Origin: Alphaproteobacteria bacterium | GTDB taxonomy: Bacteria > Pseudomonadota > Alphaproteobacteria > Bin95 | NCBI GenBank assembly: GCA_026710105.1 | Contig: JAPORR010000028.1 | Location: 13,633 to 77,632 of the forward strand | Reading direction: 5' to 3' | DNA: 64,000 nucleotides | Part shown: piece by piece, positions 31,880-40,318 of the stretch | Numbering within the stretch: the first letter of the stretch is position 1 | How the letters are laid out: each line of letters opens with the position of its first letter | Notes under the pieces: generated by a model | What the model saw: only the letters and a program-made list of their open reading frames with translations | The model's database searches: none | Told to the model about the DNA's origin: nothing | Translations under genes and position numbers: made by a program

Positions 31880-33271
31880 CTAGAACTCAGCGGAGAGCAG
31901 CAGGGAGACGGTGCTGCCGCTCTTGCCGGTGCCGCAGATTGCGGACCAGGTATCTGCGTCTCCATTCTCCCCGCCTATTTTCTCATCTTCGCCGAGGTCG
32001 ACTTCCCAGCCGGCGCAACTGCCGGTGCCGTAGTCGTTGCGGCGAGCGTATTCGAGCGCGATGCCGATGCCCTCGACGAGCTCGGTGGAGAGGCCGAACA
32101 GCACTCGGCTCTCCGGCATCTCAAGGGCGAGGGCCTCGTGCGTCCGCTGATAGCCGAGGGCGACGCCGATTTCGCGCCCGCCCGCCTCGAAGGCATAGCC
32201 CATCTCGACGCCCCAGGCCGACGGCTCGGCCACACCAACGGATCCAAGATCGTCGTCTATGGGGTCCCCCAATAATGATCTATCCAAAATCGGATCTGTG
32301 AGGACAGGCTGTGTTTCGTAGGTGACTGAGCTCTCATTCGCAGTAAGATCCGCAACTGTCCAATCGACCCCATCCACCTTGTCGCGTGTGGTCATGTAGT
32401 GGCCGAGGAACGACAGGGGGCCGAAACTCAGGCCGCCGGAGACCGCCAAGCCGTCGATCTTCTTGGCGGTTTCGGGGGGCTCGCCCTCCACGAATCCTTC
32501 CGCCTCGCGAATGTCGCTGATCCAGCCAACGCCGAGCTCAACGCCCATGCCGCCGATCTCGGTGCCGAAACCGGCCTGCGCGCCGACCTTGTCGATGCGG
32601 TCCCGACCGTTGTAATCGGCATCGCCGTTGAAGGTGTAAGCCGAAGCGGAGAAGCCGGCTTCCGACTCGAAAGAAAGCATGAGCGCGTTCTTGACCGCCT
32701 CGCCGATCTCCAAAGCCATCGGGTCGGAGACGAGGTTGGTTTCGAAATCGGCGAAGGGCAGGCCCATCTTGCCGGCGCTGAACGATACGCCGGCGCCGGA
32801 ATCGATGGTGAAGAACGCATCGGCGACCTCCACCTTGTCTTCGTCGTCCTTTTCCAGCACCAGTTCGGCGCTGGCGTAATCGCCGATTCCGGCCGCGAGC
32901 GCGACCTCCACCGTGTCCGTCTCGTTGTTGCTGGTGGAGTTGCCCTCATACGGGCTGTCATGTGAGACCAGCACCTCCACGGCGCCGCCGATCTCCAGCC
33001 CGTCGGTCCAGCCGCCGGCGCCGGATTCCGCCACTTCTGCGCGGATGTCGGCGGCAGTCTGCTCTTGCACGGCCACCTTCGCCTGCAGCTTCGCGAGCGC
33101 CTGCTCCTTCTCTGCCATGGCGGCGTCGCGCTCGGCGAGGCGCTCCTCGAGCTGCTGGATGCGCCGCTCCAGCGCCTCGAACCGGGCGTCTGCGCCGCTC
33201 TGCGCCCAGGCGCTGCCTGGTAGCAAACAAGCAATCAGCGCGGCCGTCGCCAATAATCCGGGGAGTCTCAT
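31880..33271 (-). CDS. outer-membrane porin with N-terminal coiled-coil
   Basis: Signal peptide MRLPGLLATAALIACLLPGSAWA, ~70 aa of QQLEERLAERDAAMAEKEQALAKLQ coiled-coil, Gly/Asp-rich beta-strands, C-terminal ...LLSAEF aromatic terminus. Confidence 0.6.
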   Translation of the reverse strand: MRLPGLLATAALIACLLPGSAWAQSGADARFEALERRIQQLEERLAERDAAMAEKEQALAKLQAKVAVQEQTAADIRAEVAESGAGGWTDGLEIGGAVEVLVSHDSPYEGNSTSNNETDTVEVALAAGIGDYASAELVLEKDDEDKVEVADAFFTIDSGAGVSFSAGKMGLPFADFETNLVSDPMALEIGEAVKNALMLSFESEAGFSASAYTFNGDADYNGRDRIDKVGAQAGFGTEIGGMGVELGVGWISDIREAEGFVEGEPPETAKKIDGLAVSGGLSFGPLSFLGHYMTTRDKVDGVDWTVADLTANESSVTYETQPVLTDPILDRSLLGDPIDDDLGSVGVAEPSAWGVEMGYAFEAGGREIGVALGYQRTHEALALEMPESRVLFGLSTELVEGIGIALEYARRNDYGTGSCAGWEVDLGEDEKIGGENGDADTWSAICGTGKSGSTVSLLLSAEF

Positions 33272-33364
33272 GCGTGTCGTTCCTTTCGGTCGTATTTCCG
33301 TTCCGGCCTGCCCCGAATACGGTATGTCCGCGCAGCGACAGGTGACGGGCGTGCCGCGATACTA

Positions 33365-33400
33365 CTAGAGTGATGCACGGGCGGCGCTGCGCGGTGCACC
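33365..33400. repeat. GC-rich stem-loop (11-bp perfect stem TGCACGGGCGG / CCGCCCGTGCA, 14-nt loop) between the imelysin and porin genes
   Basis: Inverted repeat read directly from the sequence. Confidence 0.5.
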
Positions 33401-33460
33401 GCCCGTGCAGCGGCAGGGGAGGCTGGAGGAGCGTCTTCCCTGCCGTTTTCCGTTACCGGA

Positions 33461-34758
33461 TCACTGGAAGACCGCCTCGGGGTCGTCGAGGCTGTCCGAA
33501 CCCTCGAACTCGATGTTCACCAGCCCGAGCGCTCCAGCGGCCGCGGTGATCGCCCCGGTCTGGGTGGTGAGCCCGTCGATGGCGGCCTGCACAAGCGCAT
33601 TGCCGGCTGTATTGCCCTCGCCGATCATCTGGTCGTAGGCCTCACCGGCCTCCGCCGCCTTCACCATCTTAGTCATCGCCGCCATAGTGGCGTCGAGGCC
33701 CGCGCGCAGCGTCCTGTCCGCTTCCGGCGAGACCGCGGCGACGAGCGAGGACAGACTCGGGCCCGACAGCGTGCTGCCGTCGACCCGCCTGTATTCGCCG
33801 AGATAGATGTTCCTTATGCCGAGCGCATCATAGTAATGCGAGTTATGCGTGTTGTCGCTGAAGCAGTCATGCTCCTCTTCCGGATCGTGCAGCAGCAGGC
33901 CGAGCTTCATGCGCTCGCCGGCGAGTTCGCCGTAGGAGAGGCTGCCCATACCGGTGATGATGGTTGCCAAGCCTTCCGCAGCATCGCCACCCACCAGCGC
34001 CGTCGTGGCGGGGCCATGCGGCGTCCATTGCGCTGTCATCCAGGCGAGGTCATCCACCAGCAGGCCGGCGGCAACCTTGAGATAGACAGCGCGCCGGTCG
34101 CAATTGCCGCCGGTGCAGTTGGTCATGTCGAAATCCGTCGCCGCCCGCGCGCCCGCGCCCGGCCCGGTGCCGTTCAGGTCCTGGCCCCAGAGCAGGAATT
34201 CGATGGCGTGGTAGCCGGTGGCGACATTCGCCTCGACACCACCGAGTTCGTGCAGTCGGTCCGCTAGGAGCGCTGCGTCGATCATGCGGGCGTCGATCTG
34301 CTCGCCCGAGACGGTGAACATGGCGTTGGCGATGACATTGGCGGTATAGCCGGGGTTTGACCCGGACGAGTCGCCATAGCCGGCATCGACATAGTCGATC
34401 AGCCCCTCATCAAGTGGCCAAGCGTTGACCTTGCCTTCCCAATCGTCCACTAGGGCATTACCAAACCGATAGACCTCGCTCTGCTGGTAGGGTACGCGCG
34501 CGTCCAGCCAAGCCCCCTGGGCTGCCGCGAGCGTCTCCTCCGACGGGGCGGCGACCAGCCGGTTTATTGACGCCTGCAGGGCCTGGGCGGTGATGAGTGA
34601 GTCCTCATAGACAGCGTGAGCCAACGCTGCATAGTGCGAGAGCACCCGGCCTTCGGGTGCGCCGCGGGCCGTCGCAGCCTTCGTTGCGCCGCCGACCGCT
34701 AGGCCTGATCCCAGCAGACAGGCGCCGAAGGCCGCGGCCAGCATTCTGTGCTTCTTCA
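33461..34758 (-). CDS. imelysin-family protein (peptidase_M75 / IrpA-like periplasmic protein)
   Basis: Signal peptide MKKHRMLAAAFGACLL then a GYHAIEFLLWGQD imelysin block. Only the 3' 432 codons of the 846-aa track ORF are genuine. Confidence 0.75.
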
Positions 34759-34788
34759 TGGATGCGCTCCATTCGTCCAGATTGCGAA

Positions 34789-34807
34789 CGATAACGATTC
34801 GCATTAT
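34789..34807. promoter_or_regulatory. Fur-box-like 19-mer in the divergent promoter between the imelysin and DUF1111 genes
   Basis: GATAACGATTCGCATTATC matches the GATAATGATAATCATTATC Fur consensus at 15 of 19 positions and sits inside a GCGAA-N9-TTCGC inverted repeat. Confidence 0.4.
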
Positions 34808-34843
34808 CATCATAGCTGTCAACCCCGGAGGGGAGATTTTTCG

Positions 34844-36301
34844 ATGGCCGGGTTCAGGCATGGCGTCGTCGCGGCAGCGCTTGCCGCGCTCTGCGCCCCC
34901 GACATCGCGTTGGCTTCCGGCGATAGCGTAGACCGTGCAAGAATCGAGGCCGTGACACGGCCTGCGACCGATTTCACTGCCCCCGAGCGCTATGAAAGGC
35001 GGCCTGGCGGTGCGGCGACTTCCTTCGCCACGCCGAACCGCGACGCTTTTTCGCATCCCTCGGCAAACATGCCCTTCGAGCGCAAGCTCGATTTCGAGGT
35101 CGGCGACGGCGTCTTCGTCAAGATCTGGGTCTCCTCCCCGAGCTCGACCCGCTCGTCGGACGGGCTGGGGCCGCTGTTCAACGCGCGCTCCTGCCAGAGT
35201 TGCCATGTCAAGGACGGACGCGGGCGCCCGCCCGTGCCTGGCGACCCGGCGGTGTCGATGGTGTTCCGCCTGTCCGCCGGAACCGACGGCAGGGACCCGG
35301 ACCCCGTCTATGGAGGCCAGTTGCAGAACCGCTCCGTGCAGGGCGTGTCCGCCGAAGGCCGGATAACCGCCGCCTGGGAGGAGATTCCGGTAAGGCTGGC
35401 CGATGGCGGCTCGGCCTCCCTGCGCTGGCCCCGCTATGGCCTCGCCGACCTGCGCTACGGCCTGCCCGCCCCGGATGTGCGGCTGTCGCCGCGCACTGCC
35501 CCGCCGATGATCGGCGTCGGCCTGCTGGAGGCGGTGCCGGAAGCCGACATCCTCGCCCGCGCGGACCCGGACGACCGCGACAGCGACGGCATCTCGGGGC
35601 GCCCGAACCTCGTGTGGAGCGACGAGCATGGCAGGGTCATGCTGGGCCGCTTCGGCTGGAAGGCCGGGCAACCGACGCTCGTCCAGCAGGCGGCGGCGGC
35701 GTTTCGCGGCGATATCGGCATTTCGACGCCGCTCTATCCAACGCCCTGGGGCGACTGCACCGAAAGGCAGGCGGCCTGCCGCAACGCCCCTCACGGCGAT
35801 GACAATGCCGAGGGCGCCGAGGCGAGGCAGGTGCTGTTCGACCTGCTGGCCTTCTATACCCGTAACCTCGCCGTGCCGGCCCGGCGCGGCCCGGGCGACC
35901 CGCAGGTGCTGCGCGGCAAGCGCCTGTTCTACGAGTCCGGCTGCACGGCCTGCCACACGCCCAAATTCGTGACGGGTCGCGACTCCATCGGGCCGGAGCA
36001 ATCCTTCCAGCTAATCTGGCCCTATACCGACCTGCTGCTGCACGATATGGGCCCCGGACTGGCGGACAACCGGCCCGAAGGCGGCGCCACGGGCCGCGAA
36101 TGGCGTACCGCGCCGCTCTGGGGCATCGGGCTTACCGAAGCCGTGAACGGCCACAGCTTCTTCCTGCATGACGGCCGCGCGCGGGGCCTGCTGGAGGCCG
36201 TGCTCTGGCACGGCGGTGAGGCGGAGGCCGCGAAACAGGCGGTGGTAGGGATGACCGGGGACGAGCGGGACGCGTTGCTGGCGTTCCTGCGCTCGCTTTG
36301 A
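34844..36301 (+). CDS. DUF1111 di-haem cytochrome-c-peroxidase-like putative thiol oxidoreductase
   Basis: Two CxxCH motifs (CQSCHVKDG, CTACHTP) and signal peptide MAGFRHGVVAAALAALCAP. The ATG at 34844 has a GGAGGGGAG SD. Confidence 0.75.
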   Translation: MAGFRHGVVAAALAALCAPDIALASGDSVDRARIEAVTRPATDFTAPERYERRPGGAATSFATPNRDAFSHPSANMPFERKLDFEVGDGVFVKIWVSSPSSTRSSDGLGPLFNARSCQSCHVKDGRGRPPVPGDPAVSMVFRLSAGTDGRDPDPVYGGQLQNRSVQGVSAEGRITAAWEEIPVRLADGGSASLRWPRYGLADLRYGLPAPDVRLSPRTAPPMIGVGLLEAVPEADILARADPDDRDSDGISGRPNLVWSDEHGRVMLGRFGWKAGQPTLVQQAAAAFRGDIGISTPLYPTPWGDCTERQAACRNAPHGDDNAEGAEARQVLFDLLAFYTRNLAVPARRGPGDPQVLRGKRLFYESGCTACHTPKFVTGRDSIGPEQSFQLIWPYTDLLLHDMGPGLADNRPEGGATGREWRTAPLWGIGLTEAVNGHSFFLHDGRARGLLEAVLWHGGEAEAAKQAVVGMTGDERDALLAFLRSL

Positions 36302-36317
36302 GGAAAGGAAGCAGCCG

Positions 36318-37412
36318 ATGAGGCACGCCATCGCCTTGTTGACGCCGCTGGCCGCATTGCTCGCGCTGGCTGCGCCGGCCGCCGCTGGGCCGTCGGCGGA
36401 GGCTTTTGCAAGCGTCAACGCGGCACTCGCGGAAAACCATATACGCCCCCGTTACGAACGGCTGTCCGCTGCGGCGGAGGAGTTCGAGGCCGCCGTCGAA
36501 CCGCTTTGCGCCCGCCCGGACTCCTCGACGCTGAGCGGGGCCGAGGCCGGGTTCCAGTCCCTCATGGACGCCTGGATGAGCGCCGAGCACCTGCGTTTCG
36601 GGCCAGCCGAGTCGTTCATGCGCATGCACCGGTTCCATTTCTGGCCCGAGGCGCAAGGGAAGGTAGGCAAGGCGATTGCAAAGCGGCTGGCCGCAGAGGG
36701 TGCGGCTTCCACCGCACCCTTCCGCGACGCCAGCGCGGCGGTGCAGGGCCTGCTCGCCGCCGAGTTCCTGCTTTACGACCAGAACGCATTGGTCCCGGCG
36801 CCCGCCCCGGCGCCTGCCCAATGCTCACTGCTTTCCACGATCGCCGGGAATATGCGCGGGATGGCGACCGGGATGGCGTCCGACTGGTGGAGCGGGGCGG
36901 ACCCGTTCATCGCGCGCCTTGCCAGCCCCGGCCCGGAGAACCCGTATTTCGAGAGCCATGGCGAGGCGGCGCTGGCCTTCCTCAAGAGCCTCCATGACGG
37001 GCTGCAACGGATCGTGGATCTGAAAATAGCGCCGGTCATCGGCAAGGACGCCGGCAAAGTCCGCCCAAATCTGGCGGAATCGCGCCTAACCGGCCGGTCG
37101 CTCTGGAACATCGTCCTGAATCTGGAGGCGCTGCAGGAGCTCTATACGGGTGGGGCCGGGCCGGGCCTTGCGGCCTTGCTGCCGAAATCCGAGCACAAGC
37201 TGGAGAGGCTGCTTCGCAAAGGCTTCCGCGCGACGCTCGCGACGGCGGAGTCGATAGAAGGGCCGCTAGAATCCGCCGCCGCCGATCCTGCGCAACGCAA
37301 AACCGTCGAGAAGCTGCGGGTCCAGGCGCAGGCGCTCCGGCAGATCGTGCGGGACCGGCTGGCCAAGGCCCTCGACCTGCCACTTGGCTTCAATGCGCTC
37401 GATGGCGATTGA
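36318..37412 (+). CDS. imelysin-family protein (second copy)
   Basis: Signal peptide MRHAIALLTPLAALLALAAPAAAG, imelysin-like HxxE region, 364 aa. Confidence 0.7.
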   Translation: MRHAIALLTPLAALLALAAPAAAGPSAEAFASVNAALAENHIRPRYERLSAAAEEFEAAVEPLCARPDSSTLSGAEAGFQSLMDAWMSAEHLRFGPAESFMRMHRFHFWPEAQGKVGKAIAKRLAAEGAASTAPFRDASAAVQGLLAAEFLLYDQNALVPAPAPAPAQCSLLSTIAGNMRGMATGMASDWWSGADPFIARLASPGPENPYFESHGEAALAFLKSLHDGLQRIVDLKIAPVIGKDAGKVRPNLAESRLTGRSLWNIVLNLEALQELYTGGAGPGLAALLPKSEHKLERLLRKGFRATLATAESIEGPLESAAADPAQRKTVEKLRVQAQALRQIVRDRLAKALDLPLGFNALDGD

Positions 37413-38556
37413 CCGCCGGCAGGCGCTCCGGCTTCTCGCCAGCGGCCTCGGGGCATCGTTCTGGTCGAGGGGCGCGGGAGCGGGGCGGAGGAAGCACCGC
37501 TACCTTTCCGCCGGCGAGGCCGCCACGCCCGGCCGGTTTCGGGTCGCTGCGTTCTCGGAATCCGGCGAGGCGTTGTTCGATTGCGCGCTGCCGGCGCGTG
37601 GGCACGCCTTTGCCATAAGCCCGAACGGCCGCCTTGCTGTGCATTTTGCACGGCGCCCGGGTGAATTCGCGCTGGCGCTGGATATCGACCGGGGCACCGT
37701 CTCGCACAGCATCGAGCCCCCGCAGGACCGGCGTTTCCAGGGCCACGGCGTCTTCGATCGGTCCGGGCGGCTGCTTTACGCTACGGAGAATGACTTCGAG
37801 GCGGGCTGCGGCATCATCGGCATATATGACGCTCGGGACGGTTTCCGGCGGCTGGGCGAGCTCTCCTCCGGCGGCGTCGGCCCCCACGACATTCGGTTGC
37901 TGCCCGATGGACGGACGCTGGCCGTCGCCAATGGCGGCATCCACACCCATCCGGACTATCCGAGGGTGAAGCTCAACCTGCCGGCAATGCAGCCGTCGCT
38001 CTGCTTCATCGACCGCAAGATGGGCGCGTTGCGGCGGGAGCTCGGTCTCGGGGCTGGCCTGCGCCAGTTGAGTATTCGTCATCTCGCTGTTGGCGGGGAG
38101 GGCTGGATTGCGGTCGCCATGCAATATGAGGGACCGCGCGGAGACCGCGTGCCGCTTGTCGCGCTTTGCGGGGCCGATGGGCCGCTCCGCCCGCTGGAGG
38201 CACCGCCGTCGATCCTGCGCGCCATGAAGCAATATTGTGGTGATGTCTGTTTCGATCCGGCAGGCCGCTCCTTCGCCGTCTCCGCCCCTCGCGGCAATAT
38301 CGTCACCGTTTGGGACGGCGCAAACGGCAGGTTTCTTCATTCAGCCCGGCTGGCCGATTGCTGCGGCTTGGCGCCGGGAAGACGGCCCGGGGAGTTTCTG
38401 GTAAGCAGCGGACAGGATGGGATATTCCTGCTGGACGGGCACGCGCGCACGCTGCGGCGGCTTGCTGCTGGATTCCCGGATTCCCGCCGCTGGGATAACC
38501 ATCTGGCGACCACCGGATCGGAGACCTGCATGCCACAGCCGGGCTGCTGGATGTGA
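37402..38556 (+). CDS. DUF1513 domain protein (Tat-signal beta-propeller-like)
   Basis: Twin-arginine N-terminus MAIDRRQALRLLASGLGA; partner of the imelysin/DUF1111 genes in the conserved four-gene cluster. Confidence 0.65.
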   Translation: MAIDRRQALRLLASGLGASFWSRGAGAGRRKHRYLSAGEAATPGRFRVAAFSESGEALFDCALPARGHAFAISPNGRLAVHFARRPGEFALALDIDRGTVSHSIEPPQDRRFQGHGVFDRSGRLLYATENDFEAGCGIIGIYDARDGFRRLGELSSGGVGPHDIRLLPDGRTLAVANGGIHTHPDYPRVKLNLPAMQPSLCFIDRKMGALRRELGLGAGLRQLSIRHLAVGGEGWIAVAMQYEGPRGDRVPLVALCGADGPLRPLEAPPSILRAMKQYCGDVCFDPAGRSFAVSAPRGNIVTVWDGANGRFLHSARLADCCGLAPGRRPGEFLVSSGQDGIFLLDGHARTLRRLAAGFPDSRRWDNHLATTGSETCMPQPGCWM

Positions 38557-39326
38557 TCTTCCAGGGGCCAGGCCCCCGCATCCTGATCTTGGGCGGGACG
38601 GGAGAAGGGGCGTCGCTCGCGCGGGCGCTCGCGGGCCGCGCACAGGTCACGAGTTCGCTCGCAGGCCGCACCCGGCACCCGGCGGCGCTGGCGGGCGCGG
38701 TCAGGACCGGTGGCTTTGGCGGCCCCGGAGGGTTGGCGCGCTATCTCCGCGAACACCGCATCGAGAGGCTGGTCGATGCGACGCATCCCTTCGCCGCGCG
38801 TATCTCCGCCCATGCGCGCGAGGCAGCGGAACGGGTTGGCGTGCCTCGGCTCGCGGTCCTACGGCCGATGTGGCGGCACGAGCCGGCGGATCGCTGGATC
38901 TGGGTGGCTGATGCGGCGGACGCTGCCCGGGCGCTGCCCGGGCTGCCGGATGCGGTGTTCCTGGCGCTCGGCCCCGGCGGTCTCGAGGCCTTTATGGGCG
39001 TGCGCGGCCGGCGCTTCGTGCTGCGGCGCATCGAGCCCGGCCCCTTGCCGCTTGAGGGCGCGGCGGTGGTGCTGGCACGCGGGCCCTTCAAGCTCGCAGA
39101 CGAGCGACGGCTGTTCGAGGATTACGGCGTCGGCACGTTGGTGACGCGGGCTTCCGGTGGCGCGGCGACGGAAGCGAAGATTGTTGCGGCGCGTGAACGC
39201 GGGCTTCCGGTGGTGATGATCCGTCGCCCACCGCCGGAGCCAGGGCCGTGCGTGTCGAGCGTCGAAGCGGCGGCCGCGTGGGCGCTGTCAGGGGCGCTCA
39301 GCAGCGCCGACAGCGGATCTTCTTGA
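38553..39326 (+). CDS. cobK: precorrin-6A / cobalt-precorrin-6A reductase
   Basis: RILILGGTGEGASLARAL N-terminus and a CobK/CbiJ-like fold; 257 aa. Confidence 0.7.
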   Translation: MIFQGPGPRILILGGTGEGASLARALAGRAQVTSSLAGRTRHPAALAGAVRTGGFGGPGGLARYLREHRIERLVDATHPFAARISAHAREAAERVGVPRLAVLRPMWRHEPADRWIWVADAADAARALPGLPDAVFLALGPGGLEAFMGVRGRRFVLRRIEPGPLPLEGAAVVLARGPFKLADERRLFEDYGVGTLVTRASGGAATEAKIVAARERGLPVVMIRRPPPEPGPCVSSVEAAAAWALSGALSSADSGSS

Positions 39327-39483
39327 AGACAGTGTCACGGTCGCCGTCCGCGGCCAGCCAGTCCAGCAGACAGCGCAGCGCCTTGCTGCGGTCCGCCAAG
39401 CGATAGTCCTTCACCGCATCGTCGAGCAGTGTGAGCATGTCAGGGTTCAACTCCACCTCGACCTTTACCTTGTCGCCGGCCAT
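39298..39483 (-). CDS. small ribbon-helix-helix-like protein (hypothetical)
   Basis: MAGDKVKVEVELNPDMLTLLDDAVKDYRLADRSKALRCLLDWL has a beta-alpha-alpha pattern and a C-terminal CRRC. The ATG at 39483 has a GGAAAGAAGGAAAGG SD. Confidence 0.45.
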   Translation of the reverse strand: MAGDKVKVEVELNPDMLTLLDDAVKDYRLADRSKALRCLLDWLAADGDRDTVFKKIRCRRC

Positions 39484-39505
39484 CGCCTTTCCTTCTTTCC
39501 CCGCG

Positions 39506-39637
39506 CTAGAGCAGCGTTGCAGCCAGAATGACCAACAGGGCCACGACCCCACCGGTGGACCAGCCGAGGAACCGGCAGAAACCGGCCCAGATATTCTGGT
39601 GCCGCGCGTTTTCCGCCGCTGTCTTATAATCCGCCAT
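39506..39637 (-). CDS. aa3-type cytochrome c oxidase subunit IV-like small membrane protein (43 aa)
   Basis: MADYKTAAENARHQNIWAGFCRFLGWSTGGVVALLVILAATLL fits the bacterial CoxIV pattern (RHQ..WAGF..F..W followed by a TM helix). It is too short for the ORF track. Confidence 0.55.
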   Translation of the reverse strand: MADYKTAAENARHQNIWAGFCRFLGWSTGGVVALLVILAATLL

Positions 39638-39694
39638 CACGCACGTCTCCCCGCCGGAAGAAACGCTGCCACTATAAGCCGGAGCTTTTCTCCC

Positions 39695-40318
39695 TCACTG
39701 CGACGGATTGACCGTCATATCTTCCGGATCGGCCGCCACAACCCGCTCATTCTCTACCCTGATGCGCCCGTCGGCAATCCAGCCGATCGCCTGCGGCAGC
39801 ACATGATGCTCGCGGGCGAGCACGCGGGCCGCCAGCGCCTCCTCCGTGTCGTCCGGGCGCACCGGCACTGCCGCCTGGAGGATAATAGGCCCGGCGTCGA
39901 GCGCCGCGCGCACGAAATGCACTGTGCAGCCGTGCCAGCCGACACCCGCCGCCAGGGCACGCCTGTGCGTGTCGAGGCCCCGGAAGGCCGGCAGCAGCGA
40001 GGGGTGGATATTGACCAGGCGGTCATACCAGCGCACCACGAACTCCGGGCCCAGCACGCGCATGAAGCCTGCCAACACGACGAGGTCCGCCCCCGCCGTG
40101 CGCAGTGCCGCATCGAACGCGTCCTCGAATGCCGCCCGGTCGGCAAAGTCCCGGCGCGGGATAGCCAGCGCCGGCACGCCCGCCGCCTCGGCCCGGGCGA
40201 GGCCCGGCGCGTCCTCGACATCGGCAACCGCAATCGCGACTTCCCAGGAGGCGGCCCGCGCATCCAACAGCGCCTGGAGGTTGCTGCCCCGGCCGGACAG
40301 CAGCACGCCCACCCTCAC
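39695..40318 (-). CDS. purN: phosphoribosylglycinamide formyltransferase
   Basis: [16 protein letters not shown] and [12 protein letters not shown] PurN motifs. The GTG start at 40318 overlaps the purM TGA in a GTGA. Confidence 0.85.
   Translation of the reverse strand: MRVGVLLSGRGSNLQALLDARAASWEVAIAVADVEDAPGLARAEAAGVPALAIPRRDFADRAAFEDAFDAALRTAGADLVVLAGFMRVLGPEFVVRWYDRLVNIHPSLLPAFRGLDTHRRALAAGVGWHGCTVHFVRAALDAGPIILQAAVPVRPDDTEEALAARVLAREHHVLPQAIGWIADGRIRVENERVVAADPEDMTVNPSQ

Noticed and set aside
33461-36001. 846-aa minus-strand ORF
   Set aside because: Only its last 432 codons (from MKKHRM at 34758) are the imelysin gene. The upstream 414 codons are antisense to the DUF1111 di-haem gene and contain no motifs.
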